Source: an uncultured cyanobacterium (GTDB lineage Bacteria; Cyanobacteriota; Cyanobacteriia; Cyanobacteriales; Nostocaceae). Taken from it: 64,000 nt of DNA. Positions 9,778 through 22,534 of this stretch are shown one piece after another (the first letter of the stretch is position 1; every line of letters begins with the position of its first letter). The notes below the pieces were generated by a model. The model was not told the origin of the DNA and did no database searches. It worked only from the letters and a program-made list of their open reading frames with translations. The stretch spans positions 4,640,001 through 4,704,000 of the forward strand of contig OY970166.1 in the NCBI GenBank assembly GCA_963706595.1. Direction: 5' to 3'. The position numbers and the translations under genes were made by a program.

Positions 9778-9950
9778 TGAATGTTAGCAAAAAAGTATCG
9801 GGTAATTAATCGTAGGTGATATACTCCCAAAATTCTACCAGAATCACTTCTTGGTTTTGCTGGTAAATTTTCACCTAATTAATCAGTAATAACGATAATA
9901 TAAGTATTCAAACGAACTTATAAAATTCAAGATGTGTGAGGTTTCCAGTG

Positions 9951-10448
9951 ATGAGGCATCTTTCTTATTTGATTCCAGCTTTAGCGGCTGGCGCGGTCTT
10001 GAGTGTAGCTATTACTATTCAACCAGCACAGGCTCAGGTAGCTTATGGTAGCTACGTCGGTGTAGGACCCACTGTTGGTCTGACTGATGGTATTCAAATT
10101 GGGGGTGTTGTAGCTGTCCGTTACAAGCTTCTAGAATCACCAATTTCTTTTCGCGCTCAAGCTTTAGTTGGCAGGAATACCGCAGTTGTACCCACGGTTT
10201 CTTATGATGTCCCTATCAACTGGCAAACTGATGCTTACTTGGGCGCTGGTTTGGTGTTGGCTGGTGGTGATAGTTCTTCTCCTGTGGGTAACAAAATCAG
10301 TTTTGCCTTACAACCAGGAGTTGATTACATTGTCCCCAATAGTAATACTGTGATTTTTGGTAACGCCATCATTGCTTTTGATGCCTACCGTGACGGTGCT
10401 GGTGGTGCGGCTATCTCTGTGCAAGGTGGTGTTGGTTATAGATTTTAA
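9951..10448 (+). CDS. Secreted small outer-membrane beta-barrel-like protein
   Basis: Signal peptide ending AQA, alternating beta-strand pattern, C-terminal GVGYRF. Confidence 0.7.
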   Translation: MRHLSYLIPALAAGAVLSVAITIQPAQAQVAYGSYVGVGPTVGLTDGIQIGGVVAVRYKLLESPISFRAQALVGRNTAVVPTVSYDVPINWQTDAYLGAGLVLAGGDSSSPVGNKISFALQPGVDYIVPNSNTVIFGNAIIAFDAYRDGAGGAAISVQGGVGYRF

Positions 10449-10509
10449 GGGTTTGTCCATAAATTTGATCCCCGCTACTACAGTACGGGGATTATTTAGG
10501 GGTTTCATT

Positions 10510-11678
<1,169 letters not shown>

Positions 11679-11786
11679 GGATTTACAAACCTTTTTCTTC
11701 TTGATTTCTCTGTGTTCTCTGTGCCTCTGTGGTTTGTTTATTTAATGATATTGTTTCCTTGAATACAAAACCCAGAGGAGCTAATT

Positions 11787-12533
11787 ATGATCCGACTTTT
11801 AATTCTGGGTGGAACCGGAGAAGCGGCAGAATTAGCTGCCAAAGTTGCGAATATCCAGGAAATTGAGGCAATCTCATCTCTAGCCGGCCGCACCCGTGAA
11901 CCGTCAGTCCCATTAGGTGATTTGCGTATTGGCGGTTTTGGTGGTGTGGCTGGACTAGTTAAGTATCTGCATCAGATGAAAATCGATTTGTTGATTGATG
12001 CTACTCATCCTTTTGCTACTCAGATTGCTTTCAATGCGGCTGATGCGGCGATGGAAGTTAAAGTACCTCGTCTGAAGTTAATCCGCCAACCTTGGCAAGA
12101 AGTTAATGGCGATCGCTGGATTAAAGTTGATAGTATAAAAATTGCCGCCGAGGTTCTCGAAAATCAATCACAACGGGTCTTCTTAAGCATTGGTAGGCAA
12201 GAAATCGGTGCTTTTGCTCATTTGCATCAAACTTGGTTTTTAATGCGGATGATTGACCCGCCTGAAGCAAATACATTAGTACCACCAGGAATATTGTTGT
12301 GCGATCGTGGTCCTTTTAACCTCCATAATGAGAGAGAAATCCTGAATCATCATCAAATTGATACCATAGTCAGCAAAAATAGCGGTGGTGATGCCACTTA
12401 TGCCAAAATTATCGCCGCACGGGAACTACAACTCAAAGTTGTAATGGTAAACCGTCCCCCTGTACCGCCAGGAGAGCAAGTCACAGACGTAGATGAAGCT
12501 TTGGTGTGGCTACTACAGCACTTGCATCGGTGA
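11787..12533 (+). CDS. cobK: (Cobalt-)precorrin-6A reductase
   Basis: LILGGT, GGFGG, DATHPFA and SKNSGG motifs. Confidence 0.92.
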   Translation: MIRLLILGGTGEAAELAAKVANIQEIEAISSLAGRTREPSVPLGDLRIGGFGGVAGLVKYLHQMKIDLLIDATHPFATQIAFNAADAAMEVKVPRLKLIRQPWQEVNGDRWIKVDSIKIAAEVLENQSQRVFLSIGRQEIGAFAHLHQTWFLMRMIDPPEANTLVPPGILLCDRGPFNLHNEREILNHHQIDTIVSKNSGGDATYAKIIAARELQLKVVMVNRPPVPPGEQVTDVDEALVWLLQHLHR

Positions 12534-12587
12534 ATCAGTATTTCTGACTTTGCGCCTCTGCGCCTGGTGCGTGACACAAAACAAACA

Positions 12588-12622
12588 TAAAAAACGCCCC
12601 CCATTTCTGAGAGGCGTTTCTT
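12588..12622 (-). terminator. Intrinsic terminator of psbA
   Basis: AAACGCC...GGCGTTT hairpin with A-tract (U-tract on minus strand) just after the psbA stop. Confidence 0.75.
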
Positions 12623-12641
12623 ATTCAGCTAAACTTAATGA

Positions 12642-13724
12642 TTAACCGTTGATAGCAGGTGCTGTTAAAGCAACTGGAGCAACATCAGCAGCAGCCAAAT
12701 CTAGGGGGAAGTTGTGAGCGTTACGCTCGTGCATTACTTCCATACCCAAGTTAGCGCGGTTGATTACGTCAGCCCAGGTAGCGATAACGCGACCTTGAGA
12801 ATCAATTACTGATTGGTTGAAGTTGAAACCGTTCAAGTTGAACGCCATTGTGCTGATACCCAAAGCGGTAAACCAGATACCGATTACAGGCCATGCAGCT
12901 AGGAAGAAGTGAAGTGAACGGCTGTTGTTGAAGGAAGCGTATTGGAAGATTAACCGACCGAAGTAGCCGTGGGCTGCAACGATGTTGTAGGTTTCTTCTT
13001 CTTGTCCGAACTTGTAACCGTAGTTTTGAGATTCGGTTTCGGTTGTTTCACGTACCAAGGATGATGTCACCAAGGAACCGTGCATTGCGGAGAACAAAGA
13101 ACCACCGAAGACACCAGCTACACCCAACATGTGAAAGGGGTGCATCAAGATGTTGTGTTCTGCTTGGAACACAATCATGAAGTTGAAGGTTCCGGAGATA
13201 CCCAAAGGCATACCGTCAGAGAAGGAACCTTGACCAATTGGGTAGATTAAGAATACTGCGGTAGCAGAAGCCAAAGGCGCAGAGTAAGCTACACAGATCC
13301 AAGGACGCATACCCAAGCGGTAAGATAGTTCCCACTGACGACCAAGGTAGCAAGCGCAACCGATCAAGAAGTGGAAAATTACCAGTTGGTAAGGACCGCC
13401 GTTGTACAACCACTCATCTAAGGAAGCTGCTTCCCAGATGGGGTAGAAGTGCAAGCCGATAGCGTTAGAGGAAGGAACAACTGCACCGGAGATGATGTTG
13501 TTTCCGTAAATCAAGGAACCAGCTACTGGTTCGCGGATACCGTCGATGTCTACTGGAGGAGCAGCTACGAAGGCGATGATGAAGCAAGTTGTAGCAGCTA
13601 GTAGGGTTGGGATCATGAGAACGCCGAACCAACCGATGTAAATACGGTTGTCTGTGCTGGTGATCCACTCGCAGAAGCGATCCCATACGTTAGCGCTTTG
13701 ACGCTGTTGTAAGGTAGTAGTCAT
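12642..13724 (-). CDS. psbA: Photosystem II D1 protein (Gln130 form)
   Basis: Canonical 360-aa D1 sequence; YLGRQWE gives Q130. Confidence 0.99.
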   Translation of the reverse strand: MTTTLQQRQSANVWDRFCEWITSTDNRIYIGWFGVLMIPTLLAATTCFIIAFVAAPPVDIDGIREPVAGSLIYGNNIISGAVVPSSNAIGLHFYPIWEAASLDEWLYNGGPYQLVIFHFLIGCACYLGRQWELSYRLGMRPWICVAYSAPLASATAVFLIYPIGQGSFSDGMPLGISGTFNFMIVFQAEHNILMHPFHMLGVAGVFGGSLFSAMHGSLVTSSLVRETTETESQNYGYKFGQEEETYNIVAAHGYFGRLIFQYASFNNSRSLHFFLAAWPVIGIWFTALGISTMAFNLNGFNFNQSVIDSQGRVIATWADVINRANLGMEVMHERNAHNFPLDLAAADVAPVALTAPAING

Positions 13725-13785
13725 TTCTATGATTGCGATATGTTGTTAATGAATCAGACGCATCGTTTGCTTGTCTGTCCTAATA

Positions 13786-13815
13786 AACTTAACATCTATT
13801 TACGTTTACTGTAAA
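13786..13815 (-). promoter_or_regulatory. Putative psbA promoter
   Basis: -35 TTTACA, 18-bp spacer, -10 TAAGTT on the minus strand. Confidence 0.55.
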
Positions 13816-13892
13816 GTATTAATTTTGTGATGATATTTGCTACAAACATTAGATTTACTTATATCGAGTTCCCATTACAAGGTAAATAACCC

Positions 13893-15392
13893 TTAAAAAT
13901 CAAAGTAAATATAAGGTAAGCTGCCATCAGGAGCTAATAACCATACGGAGTAGAGGCATAGGGGGACGAAGACAAGCTTGACAGGCCAGTTAAACTCTAA
14001 TTTCAGCCTGCCATTAAAGATATAGATGATACTCATAAATCCAGCTAAAATTCCCAGCAACGCAGTCAGTTGGTATTGGCTCATATTCAGGACTTCTATG
14101 TAAACTTTTTGGACAAACTGTGCATCGGCAGAATGACCCCAGAGATGCTGAATTACCCAAGAAGAGTCCTGGAGGTTGGGGAGACGAAACCAAATCCAAG
14201 AGATAAAAACCATCAGTTGGGTTAAAAACCAAGCGACAACTATACCCACAGGATTTTGCCAGAAATGTGCCAAATTTTCAAAGCGATCGCTCATCACATC
14301 TGTAAGTCGATGCACCCCCAAAGCTAAACCGTGGAATATGCCCCAAACAACAAAACCCCAGGCTGAACCGTGCCAAATACCAGCGATTAGCATCACAATA
14401 AATAAGTTCGTGCAGGTGCGAGTTAAGCCTTGACGCGAACCACCCAAAGGAAAGTAGATATAATTTCGTAACCAATCGCCTAAAGTAATATGCCAGCGTC
14501 GCCAAAAGTCAGCAATGCTGGTACTGAAATAGGGAAAGTTAAAATTTTCAGGTAAAACTAAACCGAAGAGTAAAGCACTTCCACGGGCGATGTCTACGTA
14601 ACCACTGAAATCCAAATACAACTGCAAGCCGTAAGCAAATGTAGCCAACCACAAATCAGTGCTACCCGCCCGTTGTAGATTGCCAAAACATAAATCAACG
14701 AAAATTCCCAAGTTATCTGCCAAAATTCCTTTTTTGACTGCACCCTTAGACATTAACCACAGTGCCTCACTCACTCTCTCCGCAGAGGGAAAGTGTGGTT
14801 TATGCAATTGAGATGACAGGCTGTGATAACGAGTAATTGGTCCAGAAATTAGTTTGGCAAAGAATAATTTGTACGTAGCGAATTTGAGAAACTTTTTAGT
14901 AGCTGGCGCACCGCGATAGATATCTACTAGATAAGCAATACACTCAAAAGTGAAAAATGAAATCCCTAAAGGTGCAATTAATTTAAATGCAGAATCTGGT
15001 GAATTAATTTGCAGATTCAACACATATTTAAAGAAAGCGGGCAGATATTTAAAACTTAGTAACAATAAGACATTTAAACTTACACCCAGCCACAACAATT
15101 TTAGCCGCCGACGATTCCAGTCAGTTTGGGCAAACTGCCACTCTTCATTAGAAAGTTTCCAATCAACAGCATACTGTCCGTGTGCGGTATTGTTGCCAAT
15201 CTCTAACCCTAGACGAAAGTTAATCCAAGTCAGTACTAATAATAAAGGAATGTACTGAATATTCAAAGAACCGTAAAAAACCAGGCTAGCTATCAGCAAC
15301 GTCCACATCCGTAATTTCTGGCTACCTACAGACCAGTAAATTCCCAGTACACTCAGCAAAAACAGTCCATAAAAAATTGATATGAAGTTCAT
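13893..15392 (-). CDS. MBOAT family O-acyltransferase (AlgI/PatA/DltB-like)
   Basis: PLGISFFTF, DFSGY, DFWRRWHITL, GIWHG motifs and terminal YIYFDF. Confidence 0.92.
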   Translation of the reverse strand: MNFISIFYGLFLLSVLGIYWSVGSQKLRMWTLLIASLVFYGSLNIQYIPLLLVLTWINFRLGLEIGNNTAHGQYAVDWKLSNEEWQFAQTDWNRRRLKLLWLGVSLNVLLLLSFKYLPAFFKYVLNLQINSPDSAFKLIAPLGISFFTFECIAYLVDIYRGAPATKKFLKFATYKLFFAKLISGPITRYHSLSSQLHKPHFPSAERVSEALWLMSKGAVKKGILADNLGIFVDLCFGNLQRAGSTDLWLATFAYGLQLYLDFSGYVDIARGSALLFGLVLPENFNFPYFSTSIADFWRRWHITLGDWLRNYIYFPLGGSRQGLTRTCTNLFIVMLIAGIWHGSAWGFVVWGIFHGLALGVHRLTDVMSDRFENLAHFWQNPVGIVVAWFLTQLMVFISWIWFRLPNLQDSSWVIQHLWGHSADAQFVQKVYIEVLNMSQYQLTALLGILAGFMSIIYIFNGRLKLEFNWPVKLVFVPLCLYSVWLLAPDGSLPYIYFDF

Positions 15393-15396
15393 ATTT

Positions 15397-15428
15397 TAGT
15401 CATTGGTCATTGGTCATTGGTCATTAGT
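15397..15428. repeat. STRR (TTGGTCA)n; a similar (TTGGTTA)n tract lies at 18532-18571
   Basis: Tandem heptamers seen directly. Confidence 0.8.
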
Positions 15429-15473
15429 GATTGGGAAGTTACAATCTTTTCCCTCTGCTCCCTGCTTGGCACT

Positions 15474-18400
15474 TTACTTCATCGGCCAAGCAATCATCGG
15501 ATCATTAGCTAACCTTTTTGATACTTCGTATGCCCCAAAGCGGTTGAGATGACTGGGATCAGAAAAGTAATCATTATTTTGTGGCCAAAGTTGGCTTAAG
15601 TCTCTATATATAAAATTGGGATTACTTGCTAGAGATAACATGTGTTGCTGAAATTTTTGCTCATATTTTGTCCGCACTGGATCTAAATAATCAGAGGTCA
15701 GGGGCATATTAATAAATACCAAAGAAATATTTCGAGACTGGGTAAACTGTAAAACTTTTTGGAAGGCAGCATCTTGTTTACCTTCTATCTGGAAATATCT
15801 ATAATCATTGTCATAATTGCCTGCAACTCTAGGGTGTTGTTGATAATATTCTGTAGGGTTAAATCGCACAGATAAAGCCAAAAAACCATCAAAATCTACT
15901 GCCTGCTGGTTAATATCTATTTCTGAATCATCTGGATTTAATTGTGTCTGTGATGCCACAGCCTGATTGTATCCAACTAGAGGCATATCTAAGATTTTTT
16001 GATGTAATAAAGCCTGAATTTTATCACGATTTTGGTAGCTAATAAAAACTTCAGATGCTGCCTGATTTAGCAATTCATTTACGGCTTGATAACTGTTGAA
16101 ATTTGGTTTTCGTACTACTTTTTGCTGACCAGAAGAATTATCTGAATTTTGCGATAATTCATCACTACTTGTGGCGGACAATGCTTTCTGCAATACCTGT
16201 TGATAACCTTCTGATGCGGCGATCGCCTGAAAGGTGACATCCTCGCGATTGCTATTGAAGGCACGAGAACCATCTGCCCAAAGTATGAGTTTTGGTAGTT
16301 CTGATGGTTCTAACACCTGACGAATAATTAAATCGACAATTTGGGCTGTAGCACCGTTAATTCCAAAATTAAATACGTCAATATTGGCATAACCCTGATT
16401 TGCTAAAGCCTGAGAAAGTGCTACTGGGTCAATTCCTCTCAAGGCGCGGGAGGAACCAATAATTAAGACATCTGCTGCTTTACCGTTTTTAGCAACTCGC
16501 TGTTTATACAATGCTAGTTGTTCGTTTAATTGCCGAGAATTGAAACTGGGTATCGGCGTTAGTGAAGCTCCAGCCTTGCGCGATCGCGCTGTCAATAAAA
16601 TTGCTGCGGCGTTGGCTCTTTCTTTGAGTGGACTAGCTCTTAAAATCTGCTCTTGACCATCATCATCTTGAGTGAATCCAGAAGCATTAAAGACATCCTT
16701 TTCACTTTCAAGAGCTTGTTTTCCAGACCGATTAGTAAAAAATGCCGTTCTCTGATTCTGGTCTGCTTGAGAACTCAATGATGTCTCCTGTTGTGAGGAT
16801 GAGGGCGAAGTACTAGTTACTGGTGGTGAACTTGGTGTGGTGCGAGTAATTATGTAATTCAAAATCCCATCAGTTTGCAAAGTCAGCAATAAACCCAATG
16901 TTCCCCAAACTAGAGCTATCTTCAGCCCTTGACTATCAGGGTTTCTTGGTACTAACTGATCACTTTCTCTAAATATCTGCGTTTCTAAGAGCCATTTTTT
17001 CGCAGTGGTGACAGCAGTTGTTGTCCAATCCCGTGCTACTTCTGTAACAAAATTTTGAACTTCTTCTGAGGTTAAATCGCTACGTAAAACTGGTTCATGA
17101 TTTTCAGTGGTTAAAAGCTCACTCATATATTCCGAAGCAGCAGCAAATTCGGGGGTGGCTTCTGGAACTAAACGTTGGCGTTGGACTAAATCTTCGCCAT
17201 GATGCCAAGATGGTTCTTGATTGCCAGCCCGGCGACCGTAAACACGCACCCCAGAAATCTTGGGCATTTTTAACTGCCGCAAAAGCTGGGTGACTTTGTG
17301 AGCGACTTGTGCGCGGGCTGGGCAAATGGGCGCATCACACATAACGTGCAGCAAGTCACCTTTGCGTAGTAGCATGACACGAATACCACCTGTCTTTAAA
17401 CGCCAATCCAAATCAATATTGAGTAAGCGCTCTAGTAGAAAAATAATTGCGTCTTGATCACCATCACTGGCCAATTCCAGAGGTAATGGGGCTAGGGCTG
17501 GATGTTCTGTAGCAGGTAAATTGAGCCAGTCAATCCAAGCTGGTTGCTGATTTGAAGTTTTTTGTCCGTAAACACTGGCAGCGAGAATACCTTGGGGAGC
17601 GATCGCTTCGAGGTGGCGGGATATGATCTCTAAACATTGGGCTTTATCTGGCACGGGTTCTGTTGCTAAGGAATCAACAGCCGCAGTACAAAAAATATGT
17701 AGGGTTGATTCTTTGAGAGAAACTTGGACAGCCACCTTTAACTCTGACAACAGGGATTGTAACAGCCTGGCGATCGCCTGTACATCTCCCCACCTCGCCC
17801 AGTCCTTGAGCATCATTTCTGGAGGTCGCAGATCCACTCTGAGCAGCCAATCAGATGCTGTTTCACCAGTTACTTGGGAAATAATCACCGCATCTTGATA
17901 ACCCTCCAGTTTCAAATCCCGTAACTGCTGGGCGACTGGTTCAGCTAATAATGATGAATCGGGGCTATAGCTAGATTGACAAAAAATCAACAGGCGATTA
18001 ACTACCCCTTGATTGCCATCTTTCGGCTGATACTCCTGGGTTTTTACCTGTACCGACACACCTAACAGACTCAGACTTTGGCTGAGATAACGGGCAATGG
18101 CATTGGGGTCTCCCCGACGTGCCAAACTTTCATTAGAGACAATCAGTGATCCACCCACTTGAGCAGATTTTTCCGAGTCTTCCAGGACTTGTTCTACCTG
18201 TTCTAGATGCCTTTCTAGTTGGTTTAAATAAACGCGATGGCACCACTGGGGTCGATATTCCCCTTTCTTCCGCCCATAGACAAATACTTGGTATATTGAG
18301 GGTTGTTCGTTACTGGTTAAAAGATCCAAATCTGTTTGCTGTAGCGCGTGAAGCAAGTCAGACAGAGTGCGCCACCGTTGAGGAGACTCTAAACTTTCAC

Positions 18401-18518
18401 ACAAAATGTGGAGGTCATTTCCTCGCAACCGGACTTTTACCCCAAAAGAGTTGATTCCTGTGGCTTGGCTCACCCACTGCACTAGTGATTTCTGACTATC
18501 TAGTAATACTGTTTTCAT
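15474..18518 (-). CDS. Large membrane-anchored SGNH/DltD-like (DUF1574-type) protein
   Basis: Central transmembrane helix; C-terminal IIGSSR, FNFGING and DPSHLN motifs; same strand and directly upstream of the MBOAT gene. Confidence 0.7.
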   Translation of the reverse strand: MKTVLLDSQKSLVQWVSQATGINSFGVKVRLRGNDLHILCESLESPQRWRTLSDLLHALQQTDLDLLTSNEQPSIYQVFVYGRKKGEYRPQWCHRVYLNQLERHLEQVEQVLEDSEKSAQVGGSLIVSNESLARRGDPNAIARYLSQSLSLLGVSVQVKTQEYQPKDGNQGVVNRLLIFCQSSYSPDSSLLAEPVAQQLRDLKLEGYQDAVIISQVTGETASDWLLRVDLRPPEMMLKDWARWGDVQAIARLLQSLLSELKVAVQVSLKESTLHIFCTAAVDSLATEPVPDKAQCLEIISRHLEAIAPQGILAASVYGQKTSNQQPAWIDWLNLPATEHPALAPLPLELASDGDQDAIIFLLERLLNIDLDWRLKTGGIRVMLLRKGDLLHVMCDAPICPARAQVAHKVTQLLRQLKMPKISGVRVYGRRAGNQEPSWHHGEDLVQRQRLVPEATPEFAAASEYMSELLTTENHEPVLRSDLTSEEVQNFVTEVARDWTTTAVTTAKKWLLETQIFRESDQLVPRNPDSQGLKIALVWGTLGLLLTLQTDGILNYIITRTTPSSPPVTSTSPSSSQQETSLSSQADQNQRTAFFTNRSGKQALESEKDVFNASGFTQDDDGQEQILRASPLKERANAAAILLTARSRKAGASLTPIPSFNSRQLNEQLALYKQRVAKNGKAADVLIIGSSRALRGIDPVALSQALANQGYANIDVFNFGINGATAQIVDLIIRQVLEPSELPKLILWADGSRAFNSNREDVTFQAIAASEGYQQVLQKALSATSSDELSQNSDNSSGQQKVVRKPNFNSYQAVNELLNQAASEVFISYQNRDKIQALLHQKILDMPLVGYNQAVASQTQLNPDDSEIDINQQAVDFDGFLALSVRFNPTEYYQQHPRVAGNYDNDYRYFQIEGKQDAAFQKVLQFTQSRNISLVFINMPLTSDYLDPVRTKYEQKFQQHMLSLASNPNFIYRDLSQLWPQNNDYFSDPSHLNRFGAYEVSKRLANDPMIAWPMK

Positions 18519-18824
18519 GAGCAGTTAACTTTAGTCATTGGTTATTGGTTATTGGTAATTGGTTATTGGTCAATCAAACATGAACTCAACACTTTATTGT
18601 ACAGACGCAATTGATCGCGTTTGTACGCAGGACTTGGGAACGGTAGTGCCTGTACTTGTAAACTAGAAACATAGGTCTATCATATTTTGCCGTTTTTTTT
18701 TAACAATTTTGTTACTTTGTGGGCTTGCAAAATCGGCCAAAATAGACAAGTAGGCCTGGAAGTCGCACAGATGTTGAATGCGCGCGTTTCTTTTTACTCA
18801 TTTGCCAACAACCAAAAATTAGCA

Positions 18825-19082
18825 ATGACTCCTACTACCCAAAAATCCTCGGATCATTCCGGATGCAATCTGCCTTTGTTTAGCATTCCCCAATCTTTTC
18901 TTTTACAAATAGGTACAGCGTCTATACTACTGCTGCTCACCACTCAAAAGGCTACAGTAAAAGCCCTAGAATCTATGGGACAAGCCAGTGAAGAATTATT
19001 TCGAGGCGATCGCCTGCCAATTCTCCCGTTCCCAGAGGCCGCAGGTGACAATACAAGCACCAGAGGCGGGGAAAGAGGTTAA
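18825..19082 (+). CDS. Small conserved hypothetical protein
   Basis: ORF with SEELFRGDRLPILPFP motif upstream of ppc. Confidence 0.6.
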   Translation: MTPTTQKSSDHSGCNLPLFSIPQSFLLQIGTASILLLLTTQKATVKALESMGQASEELFRGDRLPILPFPEAAGDNTSTRGGERG

Positions 19083-19353
19083 AAAGTATATTTAAAACCT
19101 AAAATGCTCATGGTTTTACCTTGAGAATTAATTGCCGAATCAGAGGCAGGGGAACAGGGTGCAGGGAGCAAGGGGGATAATTAAAATGGAGATTCGACCC
19201 CACTTGCACAAGAACCATTTAGTAGAAGTGGGGAATCCCCATCAGGTTCCATCTTCTCCTGTTTCCTTCCTTCTGCCTCTTTGTTAAACGGACGGGATTT
19301 ATCGCGTCTTTACGATGTAAACAGTAATCAGCTTACAAGAGCAGAAAGAAATT

Positions 19354-22300
19354 ATGGGTTCTCTTTTATACAGTTTGTCTCATGCAGCGAATTTCTACCC
19401 TGCTTCGGAATTATTTTTGCGTCATCGTCTCCAAGTAGTAGAAGAATTGTGGGAATCAGTACTGCGGCAAGAATGCGGTCAAACGATGGTGGATTTATTG
19501 CGGCAATTGCGCGATTTGTGTTCGCCAGAAGGACAAGCAACAAATGACCAAGCCGCATCTGCCGTTAAGTTGATTGAACAACTCAACATCAATGAGGCAA
19601 TTCGAGCAGCTCGTGCCTTTGCGTTGTATTTCCAGTTGATTAACATCATAGAACAGGAATATGAACAACGTCAGCAATTAACCCGCTATTCTGAGGGGGA
19701 AGCCGAAAAGGTAATTCAGGAGGAGAGGTTATCAAACGCTACCCACTCCGCCAACCAAAAAGAAGATGATTCCATTCCTGAGAACAAAGGCATGGAAATC
19801 GACCTACTATCAAAAAGTTGGCTGACCAAATCAATCGGAAAACAAAAAGGTACTTTTGCGACTTTGTTTCCCCATTTATTCAAGCTGAATGTCCCACCGC
19901 AACAAATTCAACGCCTGATTTCACACTTGGATGTGCGTTTGGTCTTTACAGCTCACCCCACGGAAATAGTGCGTCACACCATCCGCGATAAACAAAGACA
20001 GGTGGTAAACCTGCTGCAAAAACTGGATGTAGTGGAAAACCGCACTGAAAGCACCCTGGGCGGATATCCTTGGGAAGCGGCAGATTTGCGAGAACAATTG
20101 CTCGAAGAAATTCGCCTCTGGTGGCGGACAGATGAACTCCACCAGTTCAAACCCACGGTGCTAGATGAAGTTGATTATGCCTTGCATTATTTCCAAGAAG
20201 TTTTATTTGATGGCATTCCTCAACTCTATAAGCGCTTAAAATATGCTCTGGGTAAAACATTTACTTGGCTAGAACCGCCGCATAAAAACTTTTGCTCTTT
20301 TGGTTCCTGGGTAGGTTCAGACCGCGACGGGAATCCATCAGTGACACCAGAAACCACTTGGCGGACAGCTTGCTATCAGCGCAAAATGGTGTTGGAACGA
20401 TATATTAAATCAGTGAAACAGCTGATTGAATTATTGAGTGTGTCGATGCACTGGAGCGATGTTTTACCAGAGTTGCTGGAATCGTTGGAGATGGATCAGT
20501 CGCAGTTAAGTGATGTGTACGATGCGCTGGCTTTGCGTTATCGCCAAGAACCCTATCGCTTGAAATTGGCTTATGTGCTGAGACGTTTGGAAAATACCCG
20601 CGATCGCAATGTAGCCTTGTATAACAGCGAAAAGTCAACAAATGAAGACTCCCCCATGTATCGTTCGGGATCAGAGTTTTTGGCAGAACTGCGGTTAGTT
20701 GAACGTAACTTGACTGAAACTGGTTTAAGCTGTCGGGAGTTAGAAACTCTGATTTGTCAAGTCGAAATTTTTGACTTTAACTTGACTCAGTTGGACATCC
20801 GTCAAGAATCAACGCGACACTCTGATGCCATCAATGAGATTCTGGAATATCTCCAAATTTTACCCCAATCTTATAACGAGCTATCCGAAGATCAGCGAGT
20901 TGCTTGGCTAACAGGGGAATTGCAAACTCGCCGCCCATTAATTCCGGCAGAATTGCCATTTTCGGAAAAAACCAACGATGTGATTGAAACTTTCCGGATC
21001 TTGCGATCGCTACAGCAAGAGTTTGGTGTCAACATCTGCCAAACATACATTATTAGTATGTGCCGGGAAGTAAGTGATGTTCTGGAAGTTTTGCTATTAG
21101 CCAAAGAATCCCGACTGTTTGACCCTGTGGTGGCAGTGGGGACTGTTCAGGTTGTCCCCTTATTTGAGACAGTAGAAGACTTACAACGCTCTAGAAGCGT
21201 CATGCGGCAGTTGTTTGAACTCCCGTTATATCGAGCTTTATTAGCAGGTGGCTATGAAGCACTCAAAGCCAGTCAAGAAGAAGGCTCTTCATTGCCGATT
21301 GTCCCCACTACAGCGTCTCCTCTCACCCCTAACTTACAAGAAGTGATGCTGGGGTATTCTGACAGCAATAAAGACTCTGGTTTTTTAAGTAGCAACTGGG
21401 AAATTCATAAAGCCCAAAAATCACTCCAGACAATCGCTGAAGGATATGGTTTGAGTTTGCGGATTTTCCACGGACGCGGCGGTTCTGTGGGACGAGGAGG
21501 CGGTCCAGCTTATGAGGCGATTTTGGCTCAACCAGGACACAGTATTAATGGGCGGATCAAGATTACTGAACAAGGGGAAGTATTAGCTTCTAAATATTCC
21601 TTGCTGGATTTAGCTTTGTATAATCTGGAAACCATTACCACGGCGGTAATTCAAGCCAGTTTACTACGAACTGGGTTTGATGATATTGAACCTTGGAATG
21701 AGATTATGGAAGAATTAGCAGTGCGATCGCGTCAACATTATCGCGCCTTAATTTACGAGCAACCAGATTTCATTGACTTTTTCCACCAAGTTACCCCCAT
21801 TGAAGAAATTAGCCAGTTACAAATTAGTTCTCGTCCAGCGCGGCGACCATCTGGAAAGAAAGATTTAAGCAGTCTGCGAGCTATTCCTTGGGTATTTAGC
21901 TGGACACAAACCCGGTTTTTGCTGCCTTCTTGGTATGGTATCGGCACAGCTTTACAGGGATTCTTGAATGAGGAAGAGGAATCAGAAGAACACCTGAAAT
22001 TGCTACGTTACTTTTACATGAAATGGCCATTCTTCAAAATGGTGATTTCCAAGGCAGAAATGACTCTAGCCAAAGTCGATATGCAAATGGCGCATCACTA
22101 CGTCCAAGAACTCTCAAATCCTGAAGATAAAGAGCGGCTAGAAAAAGTTTTCCAGCAAATTGCCGATGAATTCTATCTCACCAGAGATTTAGTTTTAAAA
22201 ATCACTGGTCACAGTCGGCTGTTGGATGGTGATCCTGTCTTGCAACGTTCCGTACAGTTACGCAATGGCACGATTGTACCTTTAGGATTTATCCAAGTTT

Positions 22301-22443
22301 CTCTACTTAAACGTCTTCGCCAATCCCGTAATATTACCGCTACCTCTGGTGTAATTCATTCTCGTTACAGCAAAGGTGAGTTATTGCGAGGCGCACTGTT
22401 AACTATTAACGGTATTGCCGCAGGGATGAGAAATACAGGTTGA
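19354..22443 (+). CDS. ppc: Phosphoenolpyruvate carboxylase
   Basis: [30 protein letters not shown] and terminal RNTG motifs. Confidence 0.99.
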   Translation: MGSLLYSLSHAANFYPASELFLRHRLQVVEELWESVLRQECGQTMVDLLRQLRDLCSPEGQATNDQAASAVKLIEQLNINEAIRAARAFALYFQLINIIEQEYEQRQQLTRYSEGEAEKVIQEERLSNATHSANQKEDDSIPENKGMEIDLLSKSWLTKSIGKQKGTFATLFPHLFKLNVPPQQIQRLISHLDVRLVFTAHPTEIVRHTIRDKQRQVVNLLQKLDVVENRTESTLGGYPWEAADLREQLLEEIRLWWRTDELHQFKPTVLDEVDYALHYFQEVLFDGIPQLYKRLKYALGKTFTWLEPPHKNFCSFGSWVGSDRDGNPSVTPETTWRTACYQRKMVLERYIKSVKQLIELLSVSMHWSDVLPELLESLEMDQSQLSDVYDALALRYRQEPYRLKLAYVLRRLENTRDRNVALYNSEKSTNEDSPMYRSGSEFLAELRLVERNLTETGLSCRELETLICQVEIFDFNLTQLDIRQESTRHSDAINEILEYLQILPQSYNELSEDQRVAWLTGELQTRRPLIPAELPFSEKTNDVIETFRILRSLQQEFGVNICQTYIISMCREVSDVLEVLLLAKESRLFDPVVAVGTVQVVPLFETVEDLQRSRSVMRQLFELPLYRALLAGGYEALKASQEEGSSLPIVPTTASPLTPNLQEVMLGYSDSNKDSGFLSSNWEIHKAQKSLQTIAEGYGLSLRIFHGRGGSVGRGGGPAYEAILAQPGHSINGRIKITEQGEVLASKYSLLDLALYNLETITTAVIQASLLRTGFDDIEPWNEIMEELAVRSRQHYRALIYEQPDFIDFFHQVTPIEEISQLQISSRPARRPSGKKDLSSLRAIPWVFSWTQTRFLLPSWYGIGTALQGFLNEEEESEEHLKLLRYFYMKWPFFKMVISKAEMTLAKVDMQMAHHYVQELSNPEDKERLEKVFQQIADEFYLTRDLVLKITGHSRLLDGDPVLQRSVQLRNGTIVPLGFIQVSLLKRLRQSRNITATSGVIHSRYSKGELLRGALLTINGIAAGMRNTG

Positions 22444-22477
22444 TCGAAAGAAGACCAAAATAAATTCCCCAAAAACC

Positions 22478-22507
22478 GTAGGGTGGGTTAGCACAGCGTA
22501 ACCCACC
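22478..22507. repeat. REP-like palindrome (GTAG-headed) downstream of ppc; may also terminate transcription
   Basis: GTAGGGTGGGTTA...TAACCCACC. Confidence 0.6.
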
Positions 22508-22534
22508 ATTGCTAGAAATAGCTGAATTCAACTC

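Larger units (their letters stand above)
8049..9802 (+). mobile_element. IS607-family element (tnpA serine recombinase plus tnpB)
   Basis: TGCTAA(CA) repeats in the left end and inverted TGTTAGCA in the right end; removing the element restores hglK ...TGT GCG TAA. Ends uncertain by about 2 bp. Confidence 0.8.

Noticed and set aside
12642..13724. Atypical (rogue, far-red or microaerobic) D1
   Set aside because: Mn-cluster ligand motifs ([24 protein letters not shown]) are canonical; standard Q130 form.
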